64,000 bases of DNA from Klebsormidium nitens. Lineage: Eukaryota > Plantae > Klebsormidiophyceae. The position numbers were made by a program, and so were the translations under genes. The DNA is taken from the NCBI GenBank assembly GCA_000708835.1, contig DF237024.1, forward strand, positions 173,267-237,266. Reading direction: 5' to 3'. Position 1 is the first letter of the stretch, and the number at the start of each line of letters is the position of its first letter. Of this stretch, positions 60,350 to 64,000 are shown piece after piece. Below the pieces are notes generated by a model, which was not told where the DNA came from, made no database searches, and saw only the letters and a program-made list of their open reading frames with translations.

Positions 60350-62669
60350 TCAAGGATTGCGGATGTCCAACGAGCTGCCGTCAAACTTCACCCCACTCGC
60401 TATGATCTCATCCATGACTTTGGACACCCGGCCGCGAAAACCGGGAACCCGTCCAACTCTCCATGCCACCTCCGAATCTGCCATCAAACGGGACAACAGG
60501 AACGTGCCCATGCGCTGCATCTGGGGCGTCCCTTCAAAGAGACCCACCGCTTGGTCCAGGCAGCCAGGCACAGCCGCTATCAGTTTTCTATTCTTGGGCT
60601 CCTCAGCCAGGCAGATCAGCGCACACACCAAGCATTGATCTACCAACCCTTCGTTGACAGCCACCGTGGAGAGATCTTCTTCGAGAGGCCCGACTCCGCC
60701 CAACGCGTCGACCAGCCGCCATAAGAGGGCCCGCTCCCGCGCCATCGCCTTCCGGACCGAGGACACCGCCGCTTCGTCTGCAGGAGAAACACAGGAGCGT
60801 CTCGGCGGCCGCGACCGCCGCGCCCCCGTCGCGAGAGTAGGCAGGGATGTCCAACAGCCCTACGAGCGCGGGGATGCACCCGGGCAGGCGAGCGATCGCC
60901 TCCGCTTCGCCGCACGACTTGACCAACTGAAGCAGAACCGCTGCCGCCAGGTTGTGCTCCCAGGTCCCAAGGGTTCTCAGGACCTCGACAAGCGCCGGAA
61001 AGATCCCGTCCACTTTGCACACCGCCCTGCAGGCCTCAGCATCAGCAACCAGTCCCTCCAACACGCCCAGAGCATCCCCCGCCCATGGCCCCATGCCTTT
61101 TCCCAAGTTAGTACCTTCTATCAATGTCCCTACCAGTCCCTCCAAGAGCCCCGGCACAGCAAGCACTGCCTGAGGCTCCGTTTTTGCAAGTGCTTGGAAC
61201 AGCTTCAGAGCTGCCCTGCGCGGTAAAAATGCCGTCCCACTTCCCGTTCCAATCATCACCGCCACCTGTGCTCCTAAGAATCGCTCAACGGCCTTTATAG
61301 CCGCCCCCCTCTCTCCATCCCGCCGGAGCCGTAGCAACACCCTTACGGCCATTGTCTGCTGTTCGACGCAGACAAAGCGGGCTTCAAGAATACCTGCCAA
61401 CCTTTTAAGATTCACCCGCGATCTGGCTAGGGCTTGTCTAACTTGCGCCACTTCAGAGAGATGCAGCAGGGTGTGCCCCGCACAATCGAGGCTGTCGATT
61501 GGATCAAGGGAAGACAACAGGTGCCCTAGCATTCCCGGCATTCTGCCAACGATCTGTGCAACTCCTACATCCAACGTTAGCCTCGCAAGCACCGCCAGGG
61601 CAATTGGGCCTTCCCCCCAGTGTTCCGAACACACCTTGAGTCGCGCTAGGCACCCCGGCACGTCTCCGATAGCCCTCCGAGCCTCCGGCAACGCAGCCAA
61701 ATTGCGCAACAATCTTAAGGCAGTAATGCGTCTCCCGATTACCTCTATGCTGCTACCTGTACATGTGATAAAGTCTACCACCGTCTGCAAACCGTGTGGC
61801 AGCTGCGCGATCGCTTTTTGAACCGCGGCGTCCCACTGAGTCATCCTCTCGAGAGTGCCTAGGATCCAGCTTTTAACGGGGCTGGACGTTGCGATGTCCC
61901 CGCTGCGCAGATGGCCCGTTAGCATGGCCAAGCTCCTTGGGACAGTGACGAGCTCGGGAGACAGAATGTCCAGCCCCTCCCGCATAGTCCCCCACCAGTA
62001 GGCCTTCGTCAGGGAGCTAAACTCGAGATCGTATGGGGTTGGGCCGTCAGGGTGTTGGAGCTCCAGGCTTTGGAGAGCCGGGAAAGACTCAAGAAAGCTA
62101 TTGAGTTCCCTTGGGGGAACTGCAAACCCAAACATGGACAAGGATTGGAGCACAGGAAAAGACCCCGGACATCTGGAAAAGTCCAGGGCAAAAGGTGGGT
62201 CTTTCCATTGGGCAGCAGCCCACAGCGTAATGTGTAAGACTGTCAGCTTTTTGCATTGCTGGAGGGTTGAGATAACGCCGTGCCAATCTACTAGCTCTTC
62301 CGGGTCTGTATCTTCCAGATACAGGTAGACCTCCTCTAGCCTGTTCTCAGTAGCAGAAAAGACCGCTTTAAAGATGGCCCCTAGACTAGAAGGAGATTGT
62401 ATGTGAAGAGCCAACTTTCGTAAAGAGGAAGCAACTTCCCTTGTGGCTACGTACTCTTCAAACCTCTGCTCATCTTCAGCATTGTCGATCTGAAAGTCTG
62501 CGCACTCAACAGAAGGTATATTGCACCTGAACCTCTTGCACACCACTCCCAAGAGGCGCTTCTTCCGCAGCGAGTCACAGTCGAGAGGGGTCCACAGAAC
62601 TCTGTCCAGGACGTTCCTGACCAGCTCGTCAGGCAGCCTCTCAAATAGATCTACGCCTGCAGGCTCCAT
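60350..62669 (-). pseudogene. Intronless F-box / LRR-like / ARM-like repeat gene, copy B-minus, late frameshift near 60783
   Basis: The ORF from MEPAGVDLFERLPDEL stays open for ~630 codons. An apparent 8-nt deletion relative to copy A then shifts the homologous C-terminus into ORF 60350-60766. It could still make a near-full-length protein. Confidence 0.78.
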
Positions 62670-63536
62670 TCTGCAAGCCAGAAGCCTAAGGGGTATGCAG
62701 GCTGCAGCGCCTTGCTTTGCACAATTTGACATCAGACAATGGGAGCATACCCGGTAGTACTAGTAGAGTAGCGGCGCCGGTACCGCAGTTGCCCTGCAGT
62801 TGTTCTCAAAGGGGGCGTCCGATTTCAAAGCTCCGGAATTGCACACTCCGTGCATCTGAGTCTTTTTTCAACGGACCAGATTGCAACTTGGGCCAATCTG
62901 GGCCCCCATCACCGTAGATGTCCTTGGGGTGTCCATGCATGGCCTACCTAGAAACTTTACTGCAATGCAAAAACTTCTGCCACTGGCGCCGCACTGGTGC
63001 TAGTGCCTACAAACTTCTGCAGGATGATTGTAGAGAAGGGTGGCTTTGGGGAGGAGAGAGACGGTAGAAGCAGGTAAGTGTGGGGCTGCTGAAGCCGAGG
63101 CGCCCCTAATTTTCCTCCTGATTTGAACCGGTGTACCGTTTCTAAGCAAGATTACTACATGCTGTGCACAGTTCTTCAAGCTCGTCAAGTTGATGATGGC
63201 GAAAATTAAAACGGGTTTTCCTGAAACCCTCCGTCGCAAAGGGGTCGGGGAATCAGCAAAAACGTACGGGGGTTTTCAGTAGCCAACTGCTCGGAATGAC
63301 CTAGTAACCAGGATCGATAAATCTGGTCAGGCTTTAGCAAACCATGTCGGTCCTTCAATCGACGTACGAGAACTGTCGAGTCGATGATGGCTTGACAAGC
63401 ACTGCTTCAAGTGCTTGGCAGCAGTCCGAGCAGAGTCATTGTCACAGCTGTCAGTCAATGACAAGGAAGAGGGGAAGTTCATTCGGAGCTAGAGTCGACA
63501 GCCGCACAAAAGTGTCACTGTATAGCTGAGGACAGC

Positions 63537-64000
63537 ATGGCACCCGGGACCATCAACCTGTTTGAGCGACTGCCCGAAGACCTGGTCAGAAACATCCTGG
63601 AGCGCGTCCTGTGGCGCCCCTTTGAGTTTGGCATTACAAAGTCAAGGAGGAAGGTTTATCTGGGGTTGCTCTGCAAGCAGTTTCGGGCAGCAATTGCTGC
63701 TCTGGAAAGCCTTGAGTGGGAAATTCATAATGCAGAGGACGAGCAAAAATTCCTGCACTTTTTGCGCGGAAGGGAAGAGGGGCTCTCGCTGAAGCGGCTA
63801 TCTATCAATGTGGCGCACGTGTGCAGAGTGCGGCAAGGGATTCTGGAGGCCGTTACTCTTGTCGCCCGAGAAACGCTAGAAGAGGTTTGCCTATTCCTAG
63901 GTGACAAAGATGAGGCAGTGTGGGAGGACTGGCCTAGCACTCTGTCCCTTCTTCAGGAGTGCAAGAACCTGAAAGTCCTTCATGTTGCCTTATGGGCTGC
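63537..64000 (+). CDS. F-box / LRR-like gene, copy B-plus (5' part, runs off the window)
   Basis: Hand translation MAPGTINLFERLPEDLVRNILERVLWRPFEFGITKSRRKVYLGLLCKQF...LEEVCLFLGDKDEAVWEDWPSTLSLLQECKNLKVLHVALWA is open to the window end and colinear with 45938-46390. Confidence 0.82.
   Translation, partial: MAPGTINLFERLPEDLVRNILERVLWRPFEFGITKSRRKVYLGLLCKQFRAAIAALESLEWEIHNAEDEQKFLHFLRGREEGLSLKRLSINVAHVCRVRQGILEAVTLVARETLEEVCLFLGDKDEAVWEDWPSTLSLLQECKNLKVLHVALWA

Noticed and set aside
43224-62669. Calling the F-box-LRR-ARM genes ARABIDILLO or NLR orthologs
   Set aside because: Only the architecture or arrangement is similar. I recognise no ARABIDILLO motif, NB-ARC, TIR or P-loop, so the symbol is left empty.

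Overview
Eukaryotic nuclear DNA with spliceosomal GT-AG introns and three N-gaps (6961-7710, 13165-13341, 23991-24124). The proteins are plant-type and the gene style suggests a streptophyte alga such as Klebsormidium (inference). The left ~39 kb holds conserved intron-rich genes, all in head-to-head pairs: QCR6/SEC62, tRNA-Ser(UGA)/DDB2, TMEM135-like/proline iminopeptidase and PCNA/CASP-like. The right ~24 kb is accessory. A cassette is duplicated at ~17 kb offset (copy A ~40.3-47.8 kb; copy B ~57.3 kb to the window end). Each copy has an as-1/ocs-type element, a cryptic + strand coding relic and a divergent pair of intronless F-box/LRR-like/ARM-like genes. Three of these four genes carry frame-disrupting lesions. 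Transposon debris (LINE 3' end, MITEs) lies between the copies. Two signals stand out: (1) the duplicated head-to-head F-box-LRR-ARM pairs, with a conserved F-box and variable repeat region, and (2) six exon boundaries in three genes that are echoed by diverged copies, often with an intact splice site, in the adjacent intron. All gene models were read by eye and no database search was run.
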